NCBI GenBank assembly: GCA_964016885.1 | Contig: OZ024744.1 | Coordinates: forward strand, 54,560,001 to 54,624,000 | Direction of reading: 5' to 3' | Length of the DNA: 64,000 bases | Origin: Eledone cirrhosa | Lineage: Eukaryota | In this document: one piece after another, positions 53,205 through 64,000 of the stretch | Numbering within the stretch: the first letter of the stretch is position 1 | How the letters are laid out: each line of letters starts with the position of its first letter | Notes under the pieces: model-generated | What the model saw: the letters and a program-made list of their open reading frames with translations, nothing else | Told to the model about the DNA's origin: nothing | The model's database searches: none | Made by a program: the position numbers and the translations under genes

Positions 53205-55640
53205 TGCTATAAATAGAGTGAATGACAGAATAATTAAAATAAGACTAGTTCTAAATAGAACAACTGTGTCAATAATATCTACTTATGCACCCCAATCTGA
53301 TCTACATGCATGATGTTATAAAAGACATGTTGTATGAGTCATTAATGTTCACTACACCCAAATAACCAACTGTGACTACATAATTATTGCTGACGACCTA
53401 AATGATCATGTTGGACAACGTTGTGATGGATATGACGGAATCTATGGAGTCTATGGGTTTGGTACAAGAAATGAGGAATGCTTCAGAATCCTGGAATTCT
53501 GTGATGCTAATAACCTAATTATCTGTAACACAAACTTCAAAAAAACGAGACAATCACTTGATCACCTATCGATCAGGGGAGCACACCAGCCAGATAGATT
53601 TTATTCTTACAGAGTGTCTGTTGTAAACACTAAGTGCTTCCTTGTGAAGAATGCACTTCCCAACATAGCCTAATAGTTAGTGACCTCATAGTCAGGACTA
53701 GACATACTAGACGACAGAGGACTACCTTGAGGAGAAAAATATGAAAGCTAAAGGACCCCACAGCCAGTAACAAATTTAAAAGCATTATTACTTGATGCTT
53801 TTGACATCAAGGAAGAGCATTAAAGACGTACAATATAGAGGGACAGTGGGAATTCCTGAAAGTTAACCTGCTGAAGGTGAGACTTATAGGCAGGAGGAGA
53901 GTAACTTGGTGGTGGAACAGTAAGGTATAGGAGACAATCAAGGCCAAAAAGCAGGCTTGGAAAGAATGGCGGGATGGGAGAAGTAGAGAACACTATTGGG
54001 TGGCTAGGCAAGAAGCTAGGCGACAAGTGTACTTTGCAAGAAGGGAAGCAGAAAATAGAAAGTTTAAGCATGTTCTACAACATGAGGACCAAAAAACATG
54101 GGGTGTTCAGGATTGCAAGACAATATGTCAAGAAAAACTGTGATATTGTCAGGTAAAAATGTGTCCGTAAAGATGATGGTGTACGTGTCCTCATTGATAC
54201 TGATAAGGTAGATTGGAAGTGTCACTCAAGAAACCTTTAAATGAGGAGAATGAATGGGATAAAGATAGTCTGCCCCAAATCGATCCAATAGAGGGACTGG
54301 CTGTGCAAGTTAATGGTAGTATAATAAGTAAGGCAATCAAATATATGAAGACAGGCAAGGCAGCTGGGCCATCGGAGATAGTTGCTGAGATGTTGAAAGC
54401 ATTTGAAATGGTGAGACATACTATGGTCAACTGGATAGTAAACCAAGTAATACAGAATGGGGTCATACCAAATGACTGGTGTAGCAGCATCGTTAACTGC
54501 TACAAGGGCAAAGGAAATGTTCTTGATAGAAGAAACTATAGAGGCATTAAGTTAGTTGACCAGGTCATGAAGGTCACAGAAAGAGGTATTACTCAACTGA
54601 TTAGGGACCAAATTGATCTAGATGAAATGTAGTTTGGGTTTGTGCCAGATAAAAGTACCACAGATGCTCTCTTTCTTGTATGACAACTATAGGAGAAGTA
54701 CCTAGCTAAAAGTAAACCCCCTCTACTTAGCTTTTGTAGACTTGGAGAAAGCCTTTGACAGAGTCCACCGCTCCATTATCTGGAAAACTAGGAGTAGCTG
54801 AATGGTTTGTGAGAGCTATACAAGCTATGTATAAAGAAACAGTCAGTAAGGTTAGAATTAACAATGAATATAGTGAAGAATTTAGTGTAAAAGTTGGTGT
54901 TCATCAAGGCTTTGTCCTTAGCCCCCTCCTGTTTATTATTGCCCTACAGGCTATAACAGAAGGGTTTAAGACTGGCTGCCCATGAGAACTTCTATATGCA
55001 GATGATCTAACTCTCATAGCCGAATCTATGGCCGAACTAGAGAAGAAATTCCAAACATAGAAGCATGGCCGAGAAATAAAAGGCCTTAAAGTTAACTAGT
55101 CTAAGACTAAAGTTATAGTATGTAGAAAGGAAAATAAGGCACAGGCTCCCTCGGGAAACAGCCATGTTCAGTGTGTAGGAAAGGAGTAGGTAGAAATTGC
55201 ATTCTATGCCCCAAATGCAAACTATGGGTACATAAAAGATGTAGTGGTATCACAGGCAAGTTATGTAAAAATGTAAATTTTATATGTGGTCGATGCTCAG
55301 GTGCAGTAAGTAACAAATGCCAACCGGATACTAGCTCCTTCTACTGCCCAGATGGTTCTATAGAAATAACAGACATTTCCGTTACCTGGTTGACAAAATC
55401 AAAGAGTTCAGAGAGCTTATACCGCTGTTGGCCACAAAAGGTTTCTCTCTAATAATGTGTAAAGTGGACGTGTAGGAGAAACGGTAAAAAGCTCCTAATC
55501 CACACTGTAAATTCTGCCAGGTACAGTCCTATACGAGCGAGACACAGTCACCCGATCAATCTTGCCTCAAGTGGAACAATTCCCATCTAACCCATGCTAG
55601 CATGGAAGATAGATGTTAAACGATGATGATAATGATGATA
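53205..55640 (+). mobile_element. RTE family A copy (APE, RT, PHD; decayed; 3' tail)
   Basis: APE motifs, MKTGKAAGPSEI..IPNDWCSS, GVHQGFVLSPLLF, LLYADDL, CSVC..CPKC..WVHKRC..CGRC, GAT tail. Confidence 0.88.
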
Positions 55641-55679
55641 CATATATCATCATCATCATCATCATCATGTCAGTATTCC

Positions 55680-56288
55680 GTGTGTCATAATTCTTGATTA
55701 TCATTGGTTCATGGGTTTCAAATGACTCCGCCCACCTCAACGACGCCAAACTTAAATTAGTATGCATAATGCCAATGAGGGAGTGAGAGGAGAGAGTAAG
55801 AAACAGAGAGGCAAAGCGAATGCGTGTTGGATACACTATGTATATGTATCAGTGTAGAGACATGTGCGGGTGTGATGTGTGTGGAAATAAGAGGGGAAGG
55901 AAAGCAATAACTATTAACATGTGTGCGTGTGTATGTGCATGCGCGAATGTTTATGTGTGTGTGCGTGCGTGCAGCGTTCCACAGAAAGTAAAAGCTATCA
56001 ACATGTGTGAGTGTGTGCGTGTATAAGTTTGCGTGCGTGTGCGCGTTTCCATGCGTGTATGTGTGTGTACACGGCGTTCCACAATCGCCACGCAGTTTAT
56101 CTGTCTGTATGCCTGTCTGTCAGTCTAACATACACAGAGTTGTGAAGGGAGTAAATAGGGACCTTTTTTTACATTGACGGACATCTTTTATATTTATTAT
56201 TGTCATTTTTTGACAATTGCTCGAAATGAATACTGATAATAAAAGCAATTCATGTGTTTACCCGGTCGAAGCTGGCTACGTCAGCTAG
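55680..56288 (+). mobile_element. Probable Helitron-like element (3' end supported; 5' boundary approximate)
   Basis: Degenerate hairpin ACCCGGTCGAAGCTGGCT followed by CAGCTAG|T, with internal GT-rich duplications. Confidence 0.45.
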
Positions 56289-56758
56289 TATAGATATATG
56301 CATACATAAAGATATACATACATAAAGATATACATACACTCACATCTACATATATACATACACACATAAATATACACATGTATATATAGATATGCACCCA
56401 CATACATGTACATACATACACATACATATATATATATAAACATATATACATACACACTCCCACCTATGCACTCATTTATAAAAATACATATATATATATG
56501 TATCAACAATGAGTTATTTAATTTGTTAATTATTCAACAAAGTTAATTTATAACAGATTAGAAGCACTCAACAGTTTTCTTCTGAAGTATAATATCAATA
56601 ATATTAATAAATGGAAACTATCTTTATAAAACCATATTTATTTTATTATATATATTTCAAGGGTACCGGTATTTTGGTATTATAAATAGACTATTTACAT
56701 GGAACTCATAACATTAAGTTCATATGTAGATATGTCATTATCTGTAAACCAATTATTG

Positions 56759-56819
56759 TATTTTGTCTGACGATAGCGTACCAAAATACTGGTACCCTTG
56801 AAATATATATAATAAAATA
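56759..56819 (+). ncRNA. Type I hammerhead motif inside an inverted pLTR-like pair (arms 56592-56679 and 56779-56866)
   Basis: TATTTTGT-CTGACGA-..GTACCA-AAATAC-TGGTAC..-GAAA-TATATAT-A-ATAAAATA. Same family as 474-539. Confidence 0.72.
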
Positions 56820-56870
56820 AATATGGTTTTATACAGATAGTTTCCATTTATTGATATTATTGATATATAT

Positions 56871-57180
56871 AAGGAAACTGGGTATAAGAGGGATAAGTTG
56901 GGGTCTGCAGGAGAGAAGGCTGAGATGGTATGGACATGTGATGCGCATAGAGGGTGACCGCTGGGTAAAGAAGTGCCAAGATATCCCAGTAGAAGGAGAA
57001 AGACCACGAAAAACATGGGTGGAGGTGGTGAGAGCAGACCTCAGATCGCTGAAGCTCACCGAGGAGATGACAAAGGACCATAACAAGTGGAGAGATGCTG
57101 TGCTGAATAGGACCTGTCTAACCCTTGCAAGCAGGGAAAAGCAGACATAAAATGATGATGATGATGATGATGATGATGAT
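56871..57180 (+). mobile_element. RTE family B, short 3' fragment
   Basis: [40 protein letters not shown] then stop and (GAT)n. Confidence 0.88.
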
Positions 57181-57213
57181 ATATATATATATAGATGTAT
57201 ATAAACACACAAG

Positions 57214-57286
<73 letters not shown>

Positions 57287-57384
57287 GTGGGAGAACTCTG
57301 GCTGGATACGACCAGTTTAAATTTTAAAGGGTTAAGTGTTTAAATTTTAAAGTGGCAGTGTGACATTAGCATTGAATGCTGAGG

Positions 57385-57385
57385 A

Positions 57386-57470
<85 letters not shown>

Positions 57471-57584
57471 GTATATACACATATATATATACATATATAT
57501 ACACATATATATATATACATATATATATACACATATGTATATATATACATATGTGTGTGTGTGTATGTGTGTATGTGTGTGCGC

Positions 57585-57625
<41 letters not shown>

Positions 57626-57672
57626 GTTGTGTGGGAGGTGTGTGTATATATATATATGTGTGTGTGTATTTG

Positions 57673-57725
<53 letters not shown>

Positions 57726-57896
57726 GTGTATGTGTATGTATGTATATATATATATATATGTGTGTATATGTATATATGTATATATGTATATATGTATATA
57801 TGTATATGTGTGTATATATGTGTATATATATATATATATACACATATATACACACATATACATATATACATATATACATATATACATATACACATA
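57385..57896. repeat. TA/TG microsatellite array
   Basis: Direct inspection. Confidence 0.95.
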
Positions 57897-57899
57897 TTG

Positions 57900-58510
57900 A
57901 TGTCAGGTCACCAGTTGGTGCTACTGGTAACATGTATCCCAGTACAACCTGTCTCATGGTCGGGTCGTTGGCGACTAAACTGGCAACCCCACCAAGGTTT
58001 CTTGGTGAGGAGGGTGACTTTGGACATCCTGCAGGACTAAAAACAAAACCTGTCAAAGGGCAAAGGAGCTCTTAAGAGTCAATGGCCATCCAAAATCACC
58101 GGGAGAGATGACCCCTTAGCCTTTGTCAAGGCAGAATTCTAGGAGAAGGAAAACTCTGATATAACACCTGCAACCTTGATGGTATCCAATGATGTTGACT
58201 TGTTCTTCTTTTTGGTAAATATCATCTTGGTTAAGAGAGTGGGACTGGCTTTGTGCAGTGCCTTTGCTCACTATAAAAGCTTCACGGCACAGGCATTGCT
58301 TTATATCTGGAGATCTCTCTGCACTTGTCCTCACATGGTACCATGGGCCCAGCACTATGTGTCAATAATTGTCACAAGTGTAGTGTTTGTACCAGAGTTT
58401 TCAAGTCGCTAGCTAGACTAAAAAGTCACACTCATGCAGCGCTTCGGTAGGGGTTCTCCTACATGGATATAAAGTAGTGGCCGTACTCGAAAACGAGTTG
58501 GCAGCCACCA
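57900..58510 (+). mobile_element. Non-coding RTE-related element (RTE 5'-UTR / Ceph-domain-like), about 610 bp
   Basis: TTAGCCTTTG..GGCAGAATTCTAGGAGAAGGAAAACTCTGA resembles the RTE 5'-UTR-derived Ceph domain. A second copy at 26035-26456 ends at the same base. Confidence 0.6.
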
Positions 58511-58606
58511 TATATATATATATATGTGCGTGAGAGAGAGTGTGTATATATATTTGTGTGTGTGTGTGTGTGTATGTGTGTATGCGCGTGTGTGTATATA
58601 TATGTG

Positions 58607-58647
<41 letters not shown>

Positions 58648-58734
58648 GTGTGTATATATGCGTTATATGTCTGTATATATATGTGTATATTTATGTATAG
58701 GTCTGTGTATGTATGTGTATGTTTGTATATATAT

Positions 58735-58769
<35 letters not shown>

Positions 58770-58851
58770 TTTATACATATGCATGTGTATGTGTGTGTGT
58801 ATATATGTGTATATATGTGTGTGCGTGTATATATATATGTGTGTGTATATG

Positions 58852-58902
<51 letters not shown>

Positions 58903-59158
58903 GTGTGTGTGTATGTGTATATATGTGTGTGTGTATGTGTGTGTATATGTGTATATATAATATGTATATGTGTGTGTATATTTTTATATATATATATGTA
59001 TATGTGTGTGTATATGTATATGTGTATATATATATATATATGTATATACATGCGTGTATATATGTGTATATATATGTTTATATATATGTATGTCTATATG
59101 TATGTTTGTATGTGTGTTTGTATGTGTATATATGTGTATATATATATATATATGTGTA

Positions 59159-59195
<37 letters not shown>

Positions 59196-59547
59196 AAGTT
59201 AAATAAAAGTCAAATGATTAAAATTTAGCTTCGTTTATTACTGCTATATATATTTCAGTGACAGCCATCTTTGGCTGTGACCTCTTCAGGCAGTTTGAAT
59301 TAGTATGGTATAGACAAGTACATATGTTGTTTAGGTGTATGATATTGTCAATACTCTGATATGCCCAGTTCCTTGTTGGGTTGTTAATTCACTGGGGAAC
59401 TGGAGTAATAAACGAAGCTAAATTTTAATCATTTGACTTTTATTTAACTTTATTTTACACTACTCCGGAGTAACCAAACCAACCTGCGCACTTCGTCGAG
59501 TGCTCCAGCCTGCATACTGAGGTGTTGGTATACAACCAACATAAACT

Positions 59548-59625
<78 letters not shown>

Positions 59626-59742
59626 GTATATATGTGTGTGTGTATGTATGTATATGTGTGTATATATTATTATATATATGTATATATATATGTATGTATG
59701 GTGCTTTTTCCTTATATATGTGTATATGTGTGTATGTGTGTG

Positions 59743-59807
<65 letters not shown>

Positions 59808-59841
59808 GTGTGTGTGTGTTTGTATGTGTATATATTTGTTT

Positions 59842-59896
<55 letters not shown>

Positions 59897-60052
59897 ATAT
59901 ATGTATATATGTATATGGTTATATATATGAATGTATATATATATATGTATATGTATATATATGTGTGTGTGTGTTTGTGTGTATGTGTGTGTATATGTAT
60001 ATATGTGTGTGTATGAGTTTTTTTTATATATATATGTATGTGTGTGTATGTA

Positions 60053-60103
<51 letters not shown>

Positions 60104-60146
60104 ATACGTATGTGTTTGTATATATATGTGTATGTATGTATGTGTG

Positions 60147-60187
<41 letters not shown>

Positions 60188-60370
60188 ATATGTGTCTGTG
60201 TATATGTATGTATATATGTCTATATGTATTTGTGTGTATATGTATACACATGTATATTTGTGTTTGTATGTATGTGTGTGAGTGTATTTATATGTGTATA
60301 TATGTGTGTGTGTGTGTATGTGTATGTGTGTGTGTATGTGTATATATATATGTGTGTGTATATATATATA

Positions 60371-60425
<55 letters not shown>
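58511..60425. repeat. TA/TG microsatellite arrays interrupted by the 59189-59552 element
   Basis: Direct inspection. Confidence 0.95.
59240..59294 (-). ncRNA. Intact type I hammerhead ribozyme
   Basis: Minus strand reads ACTGC-CTGAAGA-GGTCACAGCCA-AAGA-TGGCTGTCACT-GAA-ATATATAT-A-GCAGT. 5-bp stem I, stem II 10 of 11 pairs, palindromic stem III. Confidence 0.85.
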
Positions 60426-60427
<2 letters not shown>

Positions 60428-60640
60428 CGTTTCTGAATTTGTTTAGCAAGATTCTTTATCTGAAATCGTGTGTTGAAACCGATATTGTTATACTTTGGGA
60501 GGGTCATGTTGCCAATAAGAAACACACGCACCAGTTGCTTTCACTTCAATTTAATTTAATATATATTTATAAATTTACAAATTTATAAATTTCTGGTTGG
60601 TTGGTTGGTTCCACAACCAGATAGTTGTTTATATATATAT

Positions 60641-60685
60641 AGTCATAGTTCTTTCGTCACACACTCTGTGACCTCTTCAGTGACT
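60641..60685 (-). ncRNA. Hammerhead ribozyme in the PLE pLTR
   Basis: Minus strand reads AGTCA-CTGAAGA-G-GTCACA-GAGTG-TGTGAC-GAA-AGAACT-A-TGACT. A second copy begins at about 63975 (+) and is cut by the window end. Confidence 0.82.
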
Positions 60686-60982
60686 GGGGATTTCTTTCTT
60701 CGTTTCTCTGCCTTTCCTTTCTTCTATCCTACGCCATTTTGTTTGTGTGTGGGTTGCGTGTTCAGTTTGCGCATGCGCCACATCCGGGTGTCTGTGTGTG
60801 TTTGTGTTCATTTTTCTATTTTTCTATTTATATTTGTTTGTTTATTTATTTATTTGTTGTTGGTTGGTTGTTTGTTCTATGTGTGTGTGTGTTTTCATTT
60901 TGTCTTGTGTGTGTTTTCATTTTGTGTGTGTTTTCAATTGTAAGTTGTTTGTTCTATGTGTGTGTGTGTTTTCATTTTGTCC

Positions 60983-63115
60983 TTAATTGTAAGTTGTGAT
61001 GTTGCTGTTCCACTCATATTTTCTATTTAATTTTGGTTTTAATTCTTTTATGCTTACTGCCTCTGTAATTTGCCTAAACATTGCGTCTTTCTTGTGTGTG
61101 GATTCTATTTTTATTTCTATGCTCTCTAATTTACCCCTGTGTTCTATCTTAGCATGTTGGTAGAGCACAGATGATTCTTTACTATCTTGGAGGTCTCGCC
61201 AGTGTTCATTTATTCGTTCCCCTATACTACGAGCTGTCTCACCTATGTACACTATATTTTTGTTTCTACATTGTCCTTCAGTACATCTTATGCTATATAC
61301 TACATTTCTAGTTTTACAGTTAATATGGGGGCTTATTTTACAGGTTATACATTTCTTATCTATACATGAGGGTCTTTGGAACGGGTATGTCTTGCTAATA
61401 AGTGTTTTTACGGAGGTACCAGGTCTTTCTACTATCTTAATATTGAGATTATGTTTCTTTAGGGCTCTTCTAAATTTGTAGGCTAGTTCGCCTCTAGGGG
61501 TTGTATTGATGAACATTACACTCTGGTATTTATTGCTATCATACCATGAGTTTATTCTATTGGCCTTGTTCTTAGTTCTTTCTATTCTATTCCAAAATTT
61601 GCTCCTATACAAGGGGCAGGTCCCATTTATGTCATTATTTACCATTTTTTCCCATTTGGTTCTGGCTCCTTTATACACTCTGATTCTATCTCTCTGATTG
61701 TAGCCAGAGAACTGCATACGGTGGATGAAGTGTTGTATGTGTCTCTCTAGTTCTTCGGGGTTGCACATGCGGGACACATTTCTCATCAACCGTACCAAAT
61801 CCGCAATCAGTATGTTGATTTTGGTATGGTCCGAAATGGCCGAGTTTCGGTGGATCAGATGTTTGGAAGTCATGGGTTTGGCATAATGGGAATGGAGGAT
61901 TTGTTTTTGGTTGTTAATAGTATCTAACCAGAGCTCTGTGTCTAGTACAGGTAATCGATGGTTGGGGTGTCTACTTGGGTAGTCTATAGTAACTCTAATG
62001 CTCTGGTGGATGGAGTTTGCTATTTGCTGGATGCTTTCCATTGTGTTTTTCTCTGGTTCCTGACTGTTCTTTAGTGGGGGTGTCTTAACTACGATGTTTA
62101 TATCATCTACGTAGCGGGAGTACATTATCAGGGTTAAGCTGTCTTCTAATTGTTCATTAAGTTTTTGTTTAAGTCTACTGTCCCACCATACCATGAACAA
62201 GTTAGCTATGTCGCCTGCAATGCTAACACCAATGGCTGCTCCTTCCTCTTGGGCATATGTTTTACCATTAAATTTGAACATATGTTCCTTAAGGGTTAAT
62301 TTTATGCTGGCCCCTACCGCATGTGCAATCATTTTCTTCAGTTCATCGTGGTTTTCGGGTGTCCGTATGGCTCTGGTCCACCCGTTCCATCTATCTGTGT
62401 GGGTTTTCTTGGCCATTGAGGTAATGGTAGGTGGTCTGCCTCTTGCTGGTCTTGTAGGGCACAGGTTGCTAAGGTCATAAGTGTCTAGGTAACTATTACT
62501 ATGGGCAAGCTTAAGTAGAAGTCCCAGCTCACTGGTATCAATCCCACGGAACACAACCTTGCTCTCGCTGATCATTTCGACGCATTTCTCCACAGCAAAA
62601 TCCACGTCAATAGATGGATACAGGGACACAACATCCATACTGCCTATTATGCAGTTTGTTAGGTCCCCAGATCGGTTACCCGCGCCGATTCTGCTGAGGA
62701 GGTCCTCCGTGCTGTCACACACATCTGGGGACATCACAATGATGGGGCGTATGATCAGGGAGAGGAAGTAGGACAGTCTGTAGTTACTAGCAATGTTAGC
62801 CCCACAGACTGGCCGTGTTGGTGGTCCCGCGACAGGGTCCCAGCCCGTTTTATGGTCTTTTCGAAACCCATACAACGCCGGCACGTCATTGTTCCAGGCC
62901 TGGAAGTTGTTGGCAGTCCTTTTGTTGGGCTGCATTATATTTGTCCACATCACCATATGGGCATTGAGGGTTTTTTCTCTATCCTCATGCTCCTGTGGTG
63001 TTACCTCTCTTGTGTTAGTGATGTGGGGTTGCATTGCCTGGATGTAGTTTGGCAGGCTGTCAACCGACATTCTGCCAGACTTGTCTGTTGGTATGATAGC
63101 AATAAATAAACTCAT
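60983..63115 (-). CDS. Penelope-like reverse transcriptase plus C-terminal GIY-YIG endonuclease (710 aa, uninterrupted, N-terminally truncated)
   Basis: PTDKSG, LYGFRKDHK, RPVCGA, SMDVVSLYPSID, QEEGAAIG, YSRYVDD, LPVLD, Cys-rich linker, VVYSIRC..YIGETARSIGERINEH..RQITEAVSI..LN. Confidence 0.9.
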   Translation of the reverse strand: MSLFIAIIPTDKSGRMSVDSLPNYIQAMQPHITNTREVTPQEHEDREKTLNAHMVMWTNIMQPNKRTANNFQAWNNDVPALYGFRKDHKTGWDPVAGPPTRPVCGANIASNYRLSYFLSLIIRPIIVMSPDVCDSTEDLLSRIGAGNRSGDLTNCIIGSMDVVSLYPSIDVDFAVEKCVEMISESKVVFRGIDTSELGLLLKLAHSNSYLDTYDLSNLCPTRPARGRPPTITSMAKKTHTDRWNGWTRAIRTPENHDELKKMIAHAVGASIKLTLKEHMFKFNGKTYAQEEGAAIGVSIAGDIANLFMVWWDSRLKQKLNEQLEDSLTLIMYSRYVDDINIVVKTPPLKNSQEPEKNTMESIQQIANSIHQSIRVTIDYPSRHPNHRLPVLDTELWLDTINNQKQILHSHYAKPMTSKHLIHRNSAISDHTKINILIADLVRLMRNVSRMCNPEELERHIQHFIHRMQFSGYNQRDRIRVYKGARTKWEKMVNNDINGTCPLYRSKFWNRIERTKNKANRINSWYDSNKYQSVMFINTTPRGELAYKFRRALKKHNLNIKIVERPGTSVKTLISKTYPFQRPSCIDKKCITCKISPHINCKTRNVVYSIRCTEGQCRNKNIVYIGETARSIGERINEHWRDLQDSKESSVLYQHAKIEHRGKLESIEIKIESTHKKDAMFRQITEAVSIKELKPKLNRKYEWNSNITTYN

Positions 63116-63144
63116 GGTATGATAGCAATAAATACCAGAGTGTA

Positions 63145-63678
63145 ATGTTCATCAATACAACCCCTAGAGGCGAACTAGCCTACAAATTTAGAAGAGCCCT
63201 AAAGAAACATAATCTCAATATTAAGATAGTAGAAAGACCTGGTACCTCCGTAAAAACACTTATTAGCAAGACATACCCGTTCCAAAGACCCTCATGTATA
63301 GATAAGAAATGTATAACCTGTAAAATAAGCCCCCATATTAACTGTAAAACTAGAAATGTAGTATATAGCATAAGATGTACTGAAGGACAATGTAGAAACA
63401 AAAATATAGTGTACATAGGTGAGACAGCTCGTAGTATAGGGGAACGAATAAATGAACACTGGCGAGACCTCCAAGATAGTAAAGAATCATCTGTGCTCTA
63501 CCAACATGCTAAGATAGAACACAGGGGTAAATTAGAGAGCATAGAAATAAAAATAGAATCCACACACAAGAAAGACGCAATGTTTAGACAAATTACAGAG
63601 GCAGTAAGCATAAAAGAATTAAAACCAAAATTAAATAGAAAATATGAGTGGAACAGCAACATCACAACTTACAATTAA
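63145..63678 (+). pseudogene. Inverted duplicate of the GIY-YIG domain (177 aa)
   Basis: Translation identical to the last 177 aa of 60983-63115. Confidence 0.85.
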
Positions 63679-64000
63679 GGACAAAATGAAAACACACACT
63701 CACATAGAACAAACAACTTACAATTGAAAACACACACAAAATGAAAACACACACAAGACAAAATGAAAACACACACACACATAGAACAAACAACCAACCA
63801 ACAACAAATAAATAAATAAACAAACAAATATAAATAGAAAAATAGAAAAATGAACACAAACACACACAGACACCCGGATGTGGCGCATGCGCAAACTGAA
63901 CACGCAACCCACACACAAACAAAATGGCGTAGGATAGAAGAAAGGAAAGGCAGAGAAACGAAGAAAGAAATCCCCAGTCACTGAAGAGGTCACAGAGTGT

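Larger units (their letters stand above)
60426..64000 (-). mobile_element. Young Penelope-like element: 5'-truncated body (60426-63097, -) with an inverted 3' duplicate (about 63104 to window end, +)
   Basis: 63104-64000 is the reverse complement of about 60661-61556. The 177-aa C-termini are identical. The 3' end abuts (TA)n. Confidence 0.92.

Noticed and set aside
57340-60588. Many overlapping Y/I/C/V ORFs
   Set aside because: Same microsatellite artefact.

Overview
Very AT-rich animal genomic DNA made almost entirely of repeats. The SINE and LINE content suggests a coleoid cephalopod such as an octopus; this is an inference. No host protein-coding gene could be identified with confidence. 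The long Y/I/C/M/H-rich ORFs are translations of (TA)n/(TACA)n microsatellites. The window holds fragments of CR1, RTE (two families), R4/Dong, Tx1/L1 and CRE non-LTR retrotransposons. It also holds three Penelope-like (PLE) families, including a very young RT+GIY-YIG element with an inverted pLTR, a DD37D (maT) Tc1/mariner copy, piggyBac-type MITEs, Helitron-like elements and two tRNA-type SINE families. Four observations stand out. (1) There are about 15 type I hammerhead-ribozyme motifs from several unrelated short families next to (TA)n tracts, often in fold-back inverted repeats whose junctions coincide with ribozyme features. (2) One inverted arm starts at the predicted self-cleavage site. 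(3) A C4HC3 PHD finger lies inside the RT C-terminal region of both RTE families. (4) A 12-kb, strand-polarised pile-up of R4/Dong, Tx1 and SINE copies sits in (ATT)n tracts. All folds and alignments were done by eye.
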